Of a DNA stretch of 64,000 nt, positions 1-14,236 are shown piece after piece. A program made the position numbers and the translations under genes. The notes under the pieces were generated by a model, which did no database searches, was not told the origin of the DNA, and saw only the letters and a program-made list of their open reading frames with translations. Each line of letters starts with the position of its first letter. Position 1 is the stretch's first letter. The DNA lies in assembly GCA_964016885.1 (NCBI GenBank), contig OZ024759.1, positions 31,682,001 through 31,746,000 on the forward strand, given 5' to 3'. Origin of the DNA: Eledone cirrhosa. Taxonomy: Eukaryota.

Positions 1-330
1 GTAAAATGATGATGATGGAATTTCTAACTTACTTCTTAACATTGTACAATACAAAGAGGTGGTACAGTTAATATCTCAACAATCACATTAGGCCGAACTA
101 CTTCTACTGTGATGGATGACACTTGAGAAAACAGACTCCACCCATGACAATCCCCACAACCCTCTCTCACCATAATCACCTACTACCCACCACCACAGGC
201 ACTACTGTTTAAATATAACAATACAAAGATAAATGATTTTCAAGGCAAGCAATGTTTATATGTGTGAAGATTTGTACATGTGTGTGTGTGAGAGTATGTG
301 TTTATCTATATATGTATGTCTCTCTCTCTC

Positions 331-364
<34 letters not shown>

Positions 365-947
365 CATACATATATAGATAAACACATACTCTCACACACA
401 CACATGTACAAATCTTCACACATATAAACATCATCATCATCATCATCATCATCGTTTAACGTCCGTGTTCCACGCTTGCATGGGTTTAGATGGGAGTTTT
501 CCCACTTGAGGCAAGAGTGGTTGTCTTGCTCGCATAGGACTGTCTGGCGGGTTTTCTACAGCTGGATGCCCTTCCTAACACCAACCACATTTACAGTGTG
601 GGGCTGGGAGGTTTTTACCGTGTTGCCTACACGGCCACATTACAGCGTGGACTGTGTGTTTTTTTGTCGTGACACCTACTACACGATCTCATTTGTTTCG
701 GCCTGGATATTGTGGCACCAACATAACTTTACATTGAAAGGGGCGGTTCGGATGAGGTGGGGGGGGTGGGACGGGGGTGTATTTTGTTAGAGATGCCTAC
801 TGACTGTAGTAGGTTTTACTTTGTATTTAGGTAAGGCGGGTCTTCTCTATTACTAAGTACTGCCAAAGGTCTCGGTCCAGTGACATTGTCTTGGAGAGGT
901 GTAAGTGTTTGAGGTCGGAATTTATCAGCTCGTCCCATATATATATC

Positions 948-990
<43 letters not shown>

Positions 991-2529
991 GAGGAGAGAG
1001 AGAGAGAGAACATCCTGTCCACACTGTAAAGTGGTCGTGTAGGTGATACGATAAAAAGCATCCAGTCCACACTGTAAAGTGATCGTGTAGGAGACACAGT
1101 GAAAAGGCTCCCAGTACACACTGCCAATGTGGTTGGTGTTAGAAAGAGCATCCAGCCATAGAAATCAAGCCAAAATCAGTTCTGATGATCTGAATAAGGT
1201 GAAACAATTGTTCTCGGAAATGGTGAACTAACTGTTGTGGAACTACTTCTATATATATATATATATATATCTTCATAGGGCATCAGGACAGACATTGGTC
1301 TATTGGAGATGCTGGACATGGCAGCAATAATGAGGGACAGAGACCGCTGGGGAGAACTTGTCCATGGATCTCGGGAATTTTACCCGCCCTAGACATATAT
1401 CCTCTACTTTTACTAATATAAATATACATGCTTTAATCCTTTCATTACATTATTTTTAATAAAAGAGACTGCCTATGATTTTCTAAATAATTTGGAAAAA
1501 CGTAGGTTCAGTAATGAAACTCACAACCTTACAGTCATGAGCCAAACACTCTAACCACAAAGCCTCGTCTTCACAAGGTAGAGTAATGCTACAAAAACAG
1601 AAATTCTGAAACAAATTCTTTTTTTGCAGAATCATAATCTTCTATGCTTAAAACATAGAGATCTAAAAAGAAAAAAAAAACAGAAACAAGGAATAAATTA
1701 AACAGTTACCTGGGTGGCATTTTGAAACTCAACCATAATTTTTTTTTTTTTTTTAAATATTTATATGACATTTTCAAAGGACTGACATTTAAATTTAAAT
1801 ATCATTTGAAAAATTCATTGAAAATCAATGTTTTAAGTAGGTATTATAAAAATACTTTGTTACAGTCATTTGTTTAAAAAACAATCTCTTAATATCCTGT
1901 AATACCTTGTGGTTGTTGTTGGACATCTGTTGATTTCGATGATGAGTATTCCAGTTGTTCAATCAACGGAACATCCTACCAATGATAGTTAATGTGTCAG
2001 TGGCTGAGCATTCCAAAGACTCATGTACTCTTGATATAATTCTCAGGGAGACTCAGCGTGGCAGTGTGTGACAAAGGCCACCCTTTGACTTACAGGTACA
2101 GTCTATGTATTATAGAGTATTCCACAGACACATGTACCCTTAATTTAATTCTAAGGGAGATTCAGTGCGGCACTGAATTTAGAGAGTCAGACAACATGCT
2201 TTGTGGCATAGAGTTACAAACCTTTAGGTTCTGAGTTCAATATTTTAATAATTCATTTCTAGGATATAATTACATATATGTTCAGCATGTATGTACAAAT
2301 GACATACAGGATTAAATGTATGAGTAACTTTGGAGAAATAAATATTTATAAGGATAAATGTAGGGTTAGAACCTGAGACCTTTTCATTGGGGAGTGAACT
2401 TATTATAGCAACACAGCTGGTATGAGAAATGCAATGTGTTTGAGTATAAGTTATAAAGTGCTATAGACATATGATAAATAATATATATATATATATATAT
2501 ATATTAACAAATTAAATATCCCTTTTGCT

Positions 2530-2563
<34 letters not shown>

Positions 2564-3044
2564 AAAGCAAAAGGGATATTTAATTTGTTGATAATTCAAC
2601 AAATATATATATTTATAACTGATTGAAGCACTCAACAGATTTTCTCGAGTATAATATCAATGATATTAAATAAATGGAAACTATATTTATTAAACCACCC
2701 GCAAAAAAGCACCCAGCACTCACTGTAAATGAGGTTGGTGTTAGGAAGGCCATCCAGCTGTAGAAATCAAGCCAGAATCAGTTCCCGTCCCACCCTTGCA
2801 AGCAGGGAAAAGCGGACGTAAAATGAAATGATGATGATGATGATGATACATAACAAAGGAAGTGTGGTAAGGAATCAGGTGGATCATAACACACCAGAGT
2901 ACTTGATACTTTGGGTAGTAGAGTGGTTTATAGGAAGAGTCCGAGCGTCGGCCTTTTCGACAGCTAGTTCAGAATTAACTGTCGAAACGGCCGGCGCTCA
3001 GCTGCCGGGGTCCTGACTCTTTTTCTATATATATATATATACCT

Positions 3045-3530
3045 GGATTCGTTGGCTACCATAAGATACCAAGGGGCAGATATACAAAGCCAGTATGAGA
3101 AGCATGTTGCTCCACGCCAGTGAGACCTGGGCCATGTCATCCGACTGTCTGAATCAACTCAGAAGAAATGACAGAGCTATGATCCACTGGAGGTGCAGTG
3201 TGACCACTGAGAACAATGTCAGCTCAACTGAGCTCCTGAAAAGACTCCTGATTGACGACCTCGAGAATGTGCTTCTCATGAGACGCATACGCTGGTATGG
3301 CCATTTTGAGTGCAGTGAAGACTGGATCAGTATAGTGATGAATGTCGATCCAGGAGGCAGTAGAGGGCCCAGGAAGACCAAAAATGACTTGGATGGGGGA
3401 TGTCTGTCGAGATCACAATAGGCTTGGCCTGACCCAAGGGAGACCGGCGGAGAGAAACACATGGAGTAGGACGCTAAGGGGCGCTGTTAGACAGGACCCA
3501 CCCCTACTTAGGGTTTAATTGTGTCCTGCA
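3045..3530 (+). mobile_element. RTE-clade LINE 3' fragment
   Basis: RSMLLHASETW...LRRNDRAM...RRIRWYGH...RGPRKT, the C-terminal signature of RTE ORF2. Confidence 0.8.
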
Positions 3531-5996
3531 TAATCAAAAACTTGATTATATATATATATATATATATAGATATGTTTCTTTATTAGCCACAGGGGCACAA
3601 AAAAAAGGGACAAATACAAAGGAGGAAGTTTACATACAATAAAAACGTGTAAAATGTTATCACAAATGCAATTTAAAAAAAAAAACAGACGTCGGTAGGT
3701 AGTTAGTTCATTGTTTTACGATCGTTTCAGAGGGTCGTTTGATCGATATCTATCTATCTAGATAGATATATATCGATCAAACGACCCTCTGAAACGATCG
3801 TAAAACAATGAACTAACTACCTACCGACGTCTGTTTTTTTTTTTATTGTTCTATGCACAAATACATGCATACACACATATATATATATATATACACACAC
3901 ACACATATATATATATATACATATACATACACACACACACACATATATATACGTATACATACTTATATATATATATTTATTCATGTATGTTCATACACGG
4001 AACAAAAAGCGCTACCTGAAGTATATATATATATATATATATGTTGCAAATTCGATCGCTTTTCCACTGTACCACCGCGCACAATCTGGGGAGATGGTCA
4101 AAGTTGGACATCTTGAAACTATATATATACATATATATATATATATACCATTGCATGTTGATATAGTTTTCGATTTCTCCCAATGAAACCTTATCACTAC
4201 TATTTTCTCTCACTCTCTCTATATATATTTATACATGTGGCGTAATATTATGGTTGATTAATTTAAAACATTCTTATAAGTAGTATATATATGTGGTATG
4301 CGGGACAGTTTTTACTACTTTTCTTTTAGTGTAATCACAGCTTTATTTCACAGTTGAATGTGTGGAATACAATGCCAATAAGAATAAAATCGTTTAATCG
4401 AATATCCCGCCATGTCACGCTAAATAAATACTTGCTATCATTTGTGTCTTGTATCTATGTCGAAAAAATAACGGACGAACTGACACGACGAGGCGTCTTA
4501 GTTTGAATTTCATATATATTAATTTCATATTTATATATATATACGTATAAATATATAAATATCTGTTTATACATGTATATATATATATACACATCTTTTG
4601 AAAAAACTTTGACGTGAAACGCATCAAAATTTCTCAACTTCTCGATTTCTTTTTGGCAAACATATTTCAGTTGAGAAACTTCTAATTATTTCTGAAAATA
4701 ATTAATATATTATTAGTTAATCAATAATATATCTATATAAATATATATTTATTTATATCTATATATATATGAAAAATGGACACCCTGATATTTACTCTGT
4801 TGAAGGAGATATATGAAGGTAACAAACATTCCCTAAAACAGTATTCTCTCCTCGAAAACTCAGGTGGTTGATAAGGAGTTTTTGATAATATTTTAATTTA
4901 TTTTATTTTAATGTTTAACAGGAAATTTTAGCTGAAACTGTGGGCTTGGAAACAAACAAAAAGAAAATCGGGTGTAATAATCAAAAAAAAATGTTAAGAG
5001 TTGCTTTTTTTATAAAAAGTTTTATTACTTAATGAATAATTTTTTTACAGAATGAAAATATAAACGCATATAATAAATATAATAAATTATAGCTAGGAAT
5101 CTTATAAATATAATACACAAAAATATATAATCAAAGCGAGAAGAAAACAAATTTAACTAAGTATTTTAGTTGAAAAGTTTGGTTGGAATTTTGAAGGTAA
5201 AATTTATTTTCCTTTCTCTTTTTCCAGTGATTTTTGATATTTTGAATGAATATGGCCTTCAAAATCTTCATAAATTATTAAATTATTGGTTTTCTGTGGT
5301 TCCTCCACTCTACAACTATATCTTTGAGTTGGGTATTATAATATAAATATACAAAAATAATGAAAAGAAATTTTTTTTTAGATAGAGCCAAATTTGTCAT
5401 ATTTATTAAACAGGTAGGACTATATATATATATATTGTACATTTATATATATATTGTACAGTTCATATATATATATATATATATATATGAAATGTACATT
5501 GAAAAAGATATATATATATATACATATATATAATAAAAAGAAATCGAAAATGTACCTGGAGTCTTATTTAAGGATATTTATTTATTTCCTTTACCAGTTT
5601 CACAGTTCTTATGCTTTTCAAAAGTAAAATTGAGATGGAGGGTTTGGACTAGAACTGTTTCATTAGTATGAAATCACCAGGAATGTCCTGTTGATTTCAT
5701 AAAAATAACATTTACTAGATGAAGCTGTACGTGGCAGAGCTGTACATATTATAAAATATAAAAGAAAACATTATGCCATAGACATTGTCATTATTAATTG
5801 TTATGTTTTTCGAAGACTGGAGGAATTTTAATATTTATTCACAGTAGAATGCGTTTGCATAGAGTAAAATAGTAAAGTTTGTTAGGAAATCGTGGGGAGG
5901 GAGACACTCATACACCTGGTTTTATTTCTGCTATAAACACATTTATTAAACACTGTTAATAGTCGTTTGTTTTTACAGGTGATACTAATAAGAAGA

Positions 5997-6730
5997 ATGG
6001 TTTCTGATTTAGGCACAAGGCCAGTGGTTTGGGGGAGAGTGGGAAGGGAAAGTCGATTAAACGACCTCAGTGCGTTACTGGTACTTTATTTTATCGACCC
6101 TGAAAGGATGAAACCCAAAGTTAACCTCGGCGGAATTTGAACTCAGATCGTAAGAGTCCCGCAACTCTATGCCGCAAAGCATTTTGTCCGACGCTCTATC
6201 GACTCTGCCAATCCACATAATAATAATGGTTTCTTATTTAAGCACAAGAACAGCAATTTGTAGGGAGGGGGTAAGTCGATTTATCGATCCCCACCCCCGA
6301 AAGGTTGAAACGCAAAGACGATGTAGCCGGGATTTGAACTAAAAAGAATTTTATCCGACGCTCTACCGATTACTGTCAATAATAACCGCCCTCTTGGCTT
6401 CTTAAACTACAAGGGCAGCAATTTATTTGTAGGGAGAGGATAAATCGATTATATCGATCTCAGTACGTAACTGGTATTCTACCCAACTGATATTATATCT
6501 TATTGACCACCACCTTTGAAAGGATGAAAGACCAAGGCGGTATCGGCGACATTTCAACTTAGAACGCAAAGAGCCGGGATTTTTTTTTCCAGGTGATATT
6601 TTCTTATTTATGCTCAAGGCCAGCAACTTTTGCTGCCGGGGTGGTGGTGAAGTCGATTATAGTGGTCTCCAATACATAACTGGTTTTATATTTTTATCAA
6701 ACCCGGAAGAATGAAAGAAAGGTAAAGCTG
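5997..6730 (-). mobile_element. Tandem cluster of ~4 copies of a second SINE family (Nin/Deu-like central domain)
   Basis: Minus-strand gagttcaaatcccgcc..ctttgcctttcatcctttcggggtcgataaaataaagtaccag..tggccttgtgcctaaattagaaac; other copies near 11130, 21800, 22875, 37045, 40700, 41455, 45150, 45370 and 52351. Confidence 0.75.
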
Positions 6731-7644
6731 ACGAGTTTTGTCACCGTATATTTATTTATTTTATAGCGGACGCCGCATGGCAGAATAGTTTGGGGAGTTC
6801 AATTGGCAGTTACGCCTTATATCTTAAGTATAGTTATTTGGTATACGGTAAGGGTGTTTAGAATCATACCAAAGTAGAAATGAACCTCTTCTGAATATCG
6901 AACATCACTTGGTATTGATCTAGCAGCTCCAGGCTGCTTAACAAAAACTTTGTAGCCTTCGGTTTCAATCAAAAACCTTGTGAGTGAAACTGTTTTGGAA
7001 GTCCGTTAGATGGATGGGTGGACGGACTGAATTATTCAAAGTCACAGCATTGTTATACACAGACTGTGTTACGCTGAAAATCTCCGAGAATCACGTTATG
7101 AGTACACCCAGCCACTTACACTATAAGATGGACTGTACCTGTAATTTAAAGGTGCAGCCTTGTCATGGGGGGCAAAATCAACCGGTAGGAGACCCAGAGC
7201 AAGATGGTTGCATCACATCCGTGAGCTTGGCTGGTCACGCTTGGGGGATCCAGTTGGAGATGGTTGCTTCTGACAAGACCCGTTGGAAGGAGTGTTTGAG
7301 GGCTCTGCCTGCCACGACCCTCCCAGGAATGGGTGGGCGAAGAAGAGCCTCGTCATACTGATTCTCCCTGAGAATTACGTTAAAGGAACACACAAGTCTG
7401 TGGAATACTCAGCCACTATAACACAAGACGGACTGTACCTGTAATTTAAAGGTGCAGTCTTGTCCCATATTGTGCCATGCTGAATCTTCCTGAGAATTAC
7501 GCTAACGGCTACACCTGTCTACGGAATACTCAGACTTACATGTTAATTTCGCCAGCAAGTCGCTCCGTTAATCAAATAACTGGAACGCTTACCGTCGAAA
7601 CCACTCTCCATTTATGACCTGTTATTGTACTCTTAACTGAACTT

Positions 7645-8165
7645 ATTTTGCCTTTCACCTTTTCGGGTTCAAATCATCTTTCCGCTGTCTTGATACGATA
7701 AAATAAAAGTAAATACCGAGATCGATTCCCCATCCCCGTCCTTAAGATCGATGGCCTTGTTCCCCTAAATTAGAAACTTTTATTATGGGCGGTGGATTGG
7801 CAGAACCGTTAGAATGCCTTGCGGTATTTGTTTTGACTGTTAACGTTCTGATTTCAAATCCTGCCGAGTTAACTTTGCCTTTCATTCATCTAGGGCTGAT
7901 CGATAAAATAAAGTACCAGTAAAGTACTGGCGATTGATTGATTTAATCGGCTTTCTCTTCCCCTCGCACCTCACGCTGGCCTTGTGCCTAAATTAGAAAC
8001 GATCATCATTATCGTTTTTGCCGCATTTAATTACGGTCCGTTACGTTGAGTTCAAATCCCGCCGTGGCCAACAAAATAAAAATACCAGTACCATGTCAAT
8101 ACACTCGACTTCCACCCCCACCTCTCACCCAATTGTTGGCATTGTGCTTTAAATTAGAAACCGTT
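7645..8165 (+). mobile_element. Tandem cluster of ~3 copies of the second SINE family
   Basis: Same consensus on the + strand. Confidence 0.75.
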
Positions 8166-8199
8166 ATTATTATTATTATTATTATGATCATCTAGAAAA

Positions 8200-8600
8200 G
8201 TCTGTTGGTGGTGTTATTTTGTTTGTATTCAGTGGTGGAGGGACACGAGGTCGTTTCTTTGTTCCGTTTTAACCACCCCGAGTTTCCCGCCGATTTCAAA
8301 ATAGCTGACTGCAGTGAATGGAAGGCGAGGCTACGACAGACTAAAATAGAAAATCTCTGATATTCAATCCGGACGAAGTCAGCGACAGATCTTAGCAGAA
8401 AAATCCTTTCGGAATATATCCGACTTAATGGTGCCAAAGAAAATCTAAAAAGTCCATTCCTAAGAATGCTGACTTTATTTTCCTTGAATATCAACCAATG
8501 AAGCAGAAGAGGAAAATTTTGTAGAAGCAATATATGATGGCGGAGAGCTGGTTTGTTTGAGGTTAAGCTGTTACAATTTTGTCACCATAAATTCAGGTCA
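8200..8600 (+). promoter_or_regulatory. Candidate promoter / non-coding first exon region
   Basis: Non-repetitive and relatively CpG-rich; YY1-like GATGGCGG near 8535; donor-like cag|gtcagt near 8596. Gene 1 needs an upstream non-coding exon. Confidence 0.25.
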
Positions 8601-8889
8601 GTTTGAACCACCTTGTTCCCCCGAATCATAAATATTTTCAATGTCTGTGTCACTTTGTTGGCAGTCAGTGACAATATGTCTGCGTCACTAGCTTTTCCGT
8701 TGTGGTTATTTGTTGTTAACTGTTGTGGCTTTTTTGGCTTGGATTGGCATTTTTTTTCTTCTCTTCTCATCGCTTCTCTCTCAGATATTTTCTTCTCTCT
8801 TGCCAATGTCTTCGTACAAACACACACATATACATATACAAAATCGAAGTATATATCAATTACATATATAAATATATATATACGCACAC

Positions 8890-8940
<51 letters not shown>

Positions 8941-8986
8941 TACATATGATCATACACATTTATTATTTATTTATATACACACATAC

Positions 8987-9020
<34 letters not shown>

Positions 9021-9133
9021 TATACACACATATCTGTATATATAAATATATACACAAACGCACACAGGCGACTATACACATGCAGAAATATACACAATCA
9101 CACTCGTATACAAACACACACACACACTGACTA

Positions 9134-9440
9134 GAGAGTGGGAGGAAGAGATGGTGATTTAGTGAGAGAGGGTCAGGAAGAGATGATTTTAGTGAGAGAG
9201 GTTGAGGAAGAGATGATGATTTAGAGAGAGTGAGAGGAGGAAGTGATGATTTTAGTGAGAGGGGGCTGAGAAAGATGTGATTTAGTGTGAGAGGGGGAGG
9301 AAGAGATGAGGATTTAGTGAGAGAAAGTGATGGTAATTTAATAAGAGGGGAAGAGAAAGTGATGGTGATTTAGAGAGAGAGGGGGAGGAAGAGATGATGA
9401 CTTAGAGAGGGGGAGAGAAAGTGATGTCGATTTAGAGACA
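9134..9440 (+). repeat. Purine-rich minisatellite, ~30 bp x 10
   Basis: Repeated gagagggggaggaagagatgatgatttag. Confidence 0.8.
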
Positions 9441-9640
9441 CTGGTTGTTAACACAAGGACAACAATCTCCATTTTACTTTGGCTTAGTATAAATATATGT
9501 ATATATGTCTATATTATTTTTTTCAAAAATTCACTGCTATTCTAACCACTGAAGTGTTCTTGTTGGTTTATTATATGTCGATTGTTTCACATCTTTTAAA
9601 ATATCCACGATCCGGGCCATCTTCCATTAACGCATTTCTG

Positions 9641-9723
<83 letters not shown>

Positions 9724-10102
9724 TATATATATATGCATACGTATATGTATGTGTGTATGTGTATTTATATATATATTTTAGCAGGGTAAGAGTAAACGGA
9801 CGTTAAATGATGATATATATACATACATATATATAGATATATATATGCCATTTTTCTCTGTTTTACTTTCACCATATTTATTTACCTTTTAAAACTCCCT
9901 CCAAACCACCTCATGCCCCCTATTATTATTGATCTACTCATTTTACTCGAAACACATTGCCAGCAACGTTGTTTTATTTTGCGTATTACCTAACTGTATC
10001 GGGGTTAACCACGGTTTAAAAAGGGTACTCAGTACGTTGGTAGAGTGTAGGCATCTTGTAATATATATATAATATCTCTCTCTCTCTATATATATATATA
10101 TA

Positions 10103-10149
<47 letters not shown>

Positions 10150-10279
10150 ATGACTACATGACTAGAACTGTTTCATTCGTATGAAATCATCAGGAATATA
10201 TTCTTCGCTCGCTTATCCTAAATCTTCAAATATATATGACATCAGTCATTTAAATTTTCTGTATGTATTTTATATATAT

Positions 10280-10328
<49 letters not shown>

Positions 10329-11532
10329 AAATCACTGTATTTAGAAGATAATAAAAGATCAGTTAGTTTGTAAGTATATGTTGTTAGGTCCTTGAACTTG
10401 ATAGACAAACGATGTGCTGTGAAGTTCATTCTGTTCCCTTAAAGACGAGACTGATTTCTCCCATATCAAACACAGATGTTTTGATTCTGCAAGTCAGATC
10501 ACTGCTTTAACCATTTCGTTGCCATATTTCTAATAATGAAAGTCACTGCCTATTTCACTTTCAAATCACTTTGAAAATAATCAAGAATTTACAGCAAATC
10601 TAAATAACTAAACTTTCTCATTATTTAAATTGGTTTTTGGAACATAACTTAAAGTTTCTTAGGTAAAATTTATGGCGAAAGATTTTTTTTTTGTTTTTTG
10701 GTTTTAGATAAATATAAACACTTTAAAAATAACCAGTTTTGAATCACAGAACCAGAAGTGGTTTTGTATTTGGTTATAAGATTTTAGCATGGCGAATCTA
10801 TATATTTATAATCTTGGCAAACATATTTTCTTTCTTTTGCGATGTTTTTGAAAAACTTTTAGCTAACTTATAATAGATCGAAGTTTGTTAATTATTTTCA
10901 AAATAAATCCAAACTGCTTGTGTGTGTGTTACTTTTTATGAATACAGTTATGTGTGTGTCTTTTAAATTCTATGTGTTTAATTAACCCTTTTCATACCAT
11001 CTTGAAATGCTATCTTTCGAAGGTGTATAAATGAATGAACGATCAGAGGACTTAACATTTATTTCTTCTTTCGTTTTAATAGATTTATGCTTTTCAGAGT
11101 TTACTTGGGGGGGGGGGGGGGTATTTAGTTACGGTTTTCTTAGAATCTGAGTTCAAATCCCGCCCAAACCAAGCCAACTTTGTCAATCTTTCTTCCGGGT
11201 GACGATAAAATAAAGTACCAGTAACGCACTGGGGTCGACATAATCGACTTTCTTCTCCCAGATTGTTGACCTTGTGCTAATATTGGTAACCCCAACCCCA
11301 TCCATTTTGAAGGGTTTCCCTTTATTTAGATTTAAATATTTCAGTATAAATATTATGTAAGGACCATTTTCAAGAGAAATAACATCTAAAAAAATGAAGC
11401 GATATTTTAATTTTTTTTTTAGTAAAACCCACTCCGAATTCCACATTAATTATTTAATTAAAACACCGAGTATTTCATTAGAAATACAGTCGTTTCACTC
11501 ATCAAGGTTGGATAATGATATAGAGAAAAGTA

Positions 11533-11586
<54 letters not shown>

Positions 11587-12088
11587 ATATTTAAAGAACC
11601 AATAGGTGAAACTTGGAAGTCTCTACCACCTTTCTCTTCAGCAAATGAAAATCTTATTCTCTGTTCACACATACTGTGTGCTCTTTTAGTTAAACTTTAG
11701 GCGTCAATACAGTAGTATTTAACCCCCCCCCCCCCCATATATATATATACATATATACATATATGTATATACATATATATATAAACATATATATATATAT
11801 ATATATATACATATATACATATACATATATGTATATATACATATATGTATATATACATATATGTATATATACATATGATTATATATATATATATGATTAT
11901 ATATATGATTATATATATATATATATGATTATATATATATATATATGATTATATATATATATGTAATATTTAATTTGTTGGGATACAAGCAAATATTTTT
12001 ATAACTGATATAAAGCACTCAACAAATTTTTGGAGTAAAAAATATATTATATATATATATATATATATATCTTGTGTATGTATGTCCG

Positions 12089-12165
<77 letters not shown>

Positions 12166-12805
12166 TTACTGGTGGTGCTCGTTTTGCTGTTTGTTATTCT
12201 TGCGAGCACTTAAGTACTAGTAATAATAATAATAATAATAGTAGTAGTAGTAGTGATAGCAGCAGCAGCAGTAGTAGTAGTTGTTGTGGTAGTAGTGGTT
12301 GTGGTACAGCCCGAAAACACAACAAACCAAATCTTACTGCTACTACTACTACTACTACTACTACTACCTGATCTGGTGGTGGCGGGGCGAGAAGAGAAGA
12401 GATGGTATGTAAATGTATGTGTGAAGAGGTTATTGTGTGTTATATATATATATATATATACACATATATATATAATGTGAGTGCTTGGTTATGCAGTTGG
12501 GTGCCACCACCTTCACCAACATTACTGCTGTAATATACAATATACTGTCAGTCTATCTCTCCCTCCCCTATCTCTCTCTCTCTCCCCTATCTCTCTCTCT
12601 CTCTCTTTAACACTTTATTACATTATTTTACTGACAAGAAGGAAATACACACACGCACACATATATATATATATCTTAGCCAACCAACAAAACGACATTC
12701 TCCACATAAGCTGTGTGTATGTGTGTGCGTGCCTGACAGATATGCAAACGGTAGATTAATATATTTTTATTTTCAACGTGCAAACGTTTGCTTTTCTCTT
12801 CCGCC

Positions 12806-12836
<31 letters not shown>

Positions 12837-13098
12837 CCCCACACACACACACACACACTCAAATATTGTGTGTGTATGGAGAGGACATCCATCGGTTTCG
12901 ACGATGAGCGTTCCAGTTGGTCGATCGACAGAAGAACAGCCTACTCATAAAAGGAACATGTCTGTGGTGGAGCATTCCACCTTTAATTCAATTCTTATAG
13001 GTGCAGTCTGTGTATATAATGTGTGTGTGCAAAAATTCAACAAACGCAAGGACAATACAGTACTGGTGATATATATAAATATATATATATATATATAC

Positions 13099-13453
13099 GA
13101 TATTAAATAAATGGAAACTATATTTATAAAACCATATTTATTTCATCATATATATTTCAGGGATATCATATTAACAATATGTTATGCCTTCCTCAGACAA
13201 AATACAATATAGACAGTTTTATAGATAAATAGATTTGACATACCGTTCAACATCGACTGGTATTTGAAAAAGTTGATTTGGCAAATACAAGTCGATGTTG
13301 AACGGTATGTCAAATCTATTTATCTATAAAACTGTCTATATTGTATTTTGTCTGAGGAAGGCATAACATATTGTTAATATGATATCCCTGAAATATATAT
13401 GATGAAATAAATATGGTTTTATAAATATAGTTTCCATTTATTTATTTAATATC
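13099..13453. repeat. Near-perfect palindrome (~165-bp arms, ~15-nt loop) of an AT-rich dispersed repeat
   Basis: Arms read as reverse complements of each other. Confidence 0.92.
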
Positions 13454-13540
13454 ATAAATATACTCCAAATACTTGTTGAGTGCTTTTATATCAATTATAA
13501 ATATTTACTAGTTGTAACCCAACAATTTAAATATAACTTT

Positions 13541-13610
<70 letters not shown>

Positions 13611-13613
13611 CAC

Positions 13614-13681
13614 CTTCGTCTGACGACCGATCCAGACGTATATTAATATCGTCTGTGATCCAGAAACCTTTGGTAATGGAG
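13614..13681 (+). ncRNA. Type I hammerhead ribozyme-like motif with long stem II
   Basis: Stem I cttcgt/atggag, core CTGACGA, stem II gatc-cagacg/cgtctg-gatc, GAAAC, stem III acc/ggt, GUA cleavage triplet. Base of stem II is mismatched. Confidence 0.6.
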
Positions 13682-14236
13682 TAGTTATATATTGTGTTGT
13701 TCACTTTCTAATTAAATAGGTCTGTTCTATACACAGAGCACTCTTTTTTTCCTTTGATTTTTCTTCGGAATTACCTAACACACATACACACATATATATA
13801 TGAATGTTAGTTTAGCGCTTGATATAGTAGGGAAAGAGTCTTAACGTTTCGGATTTTATAATGTATAAAATCATCGTAAAGCACAGGCCCTTTTTTTATA
13901 TATATATCAGGAAGATCTTATTTGTGTGGAATGGCAGAATCGTTAGAGTGATCGAATTCCACCTGGGTCAGCTTTGCCTTTCATCGTTCCAGGGTCGATG
14001 AAAAATACTGTGTAAACCTGTCAAAACAATCGACCTTCCTCTCTACCCCTCTACCCTAATAATTGCAACACTCGTACTACGAGAGGTGGACGGACCATCG
14101 GAATTTGTGGTATTCATTCATTGCTTCGTTAGTTAAGGTCCTCGGTGTAGCCTTATGATGGCTTGTGTATATAACAATCGGGTGTGTTTCAAAGATAAGC
14201 TTGTATACACACCTGTTGTGGCGTGTATATATATAT

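Noticed and set aside
1560-1736. Possible minus-strand mini-exons (cag|gtaac at ~1710; strong acceptor at ~1663)
   Set aside because: The implied intron is under 50 nt and the frames checked from nearby ATGs stop quickly.
8192-8530. 112-aa minus-strand ORF
   Set aside because: Non-ATG start and no homology I recognise; treated as a possible regulatory region instead.
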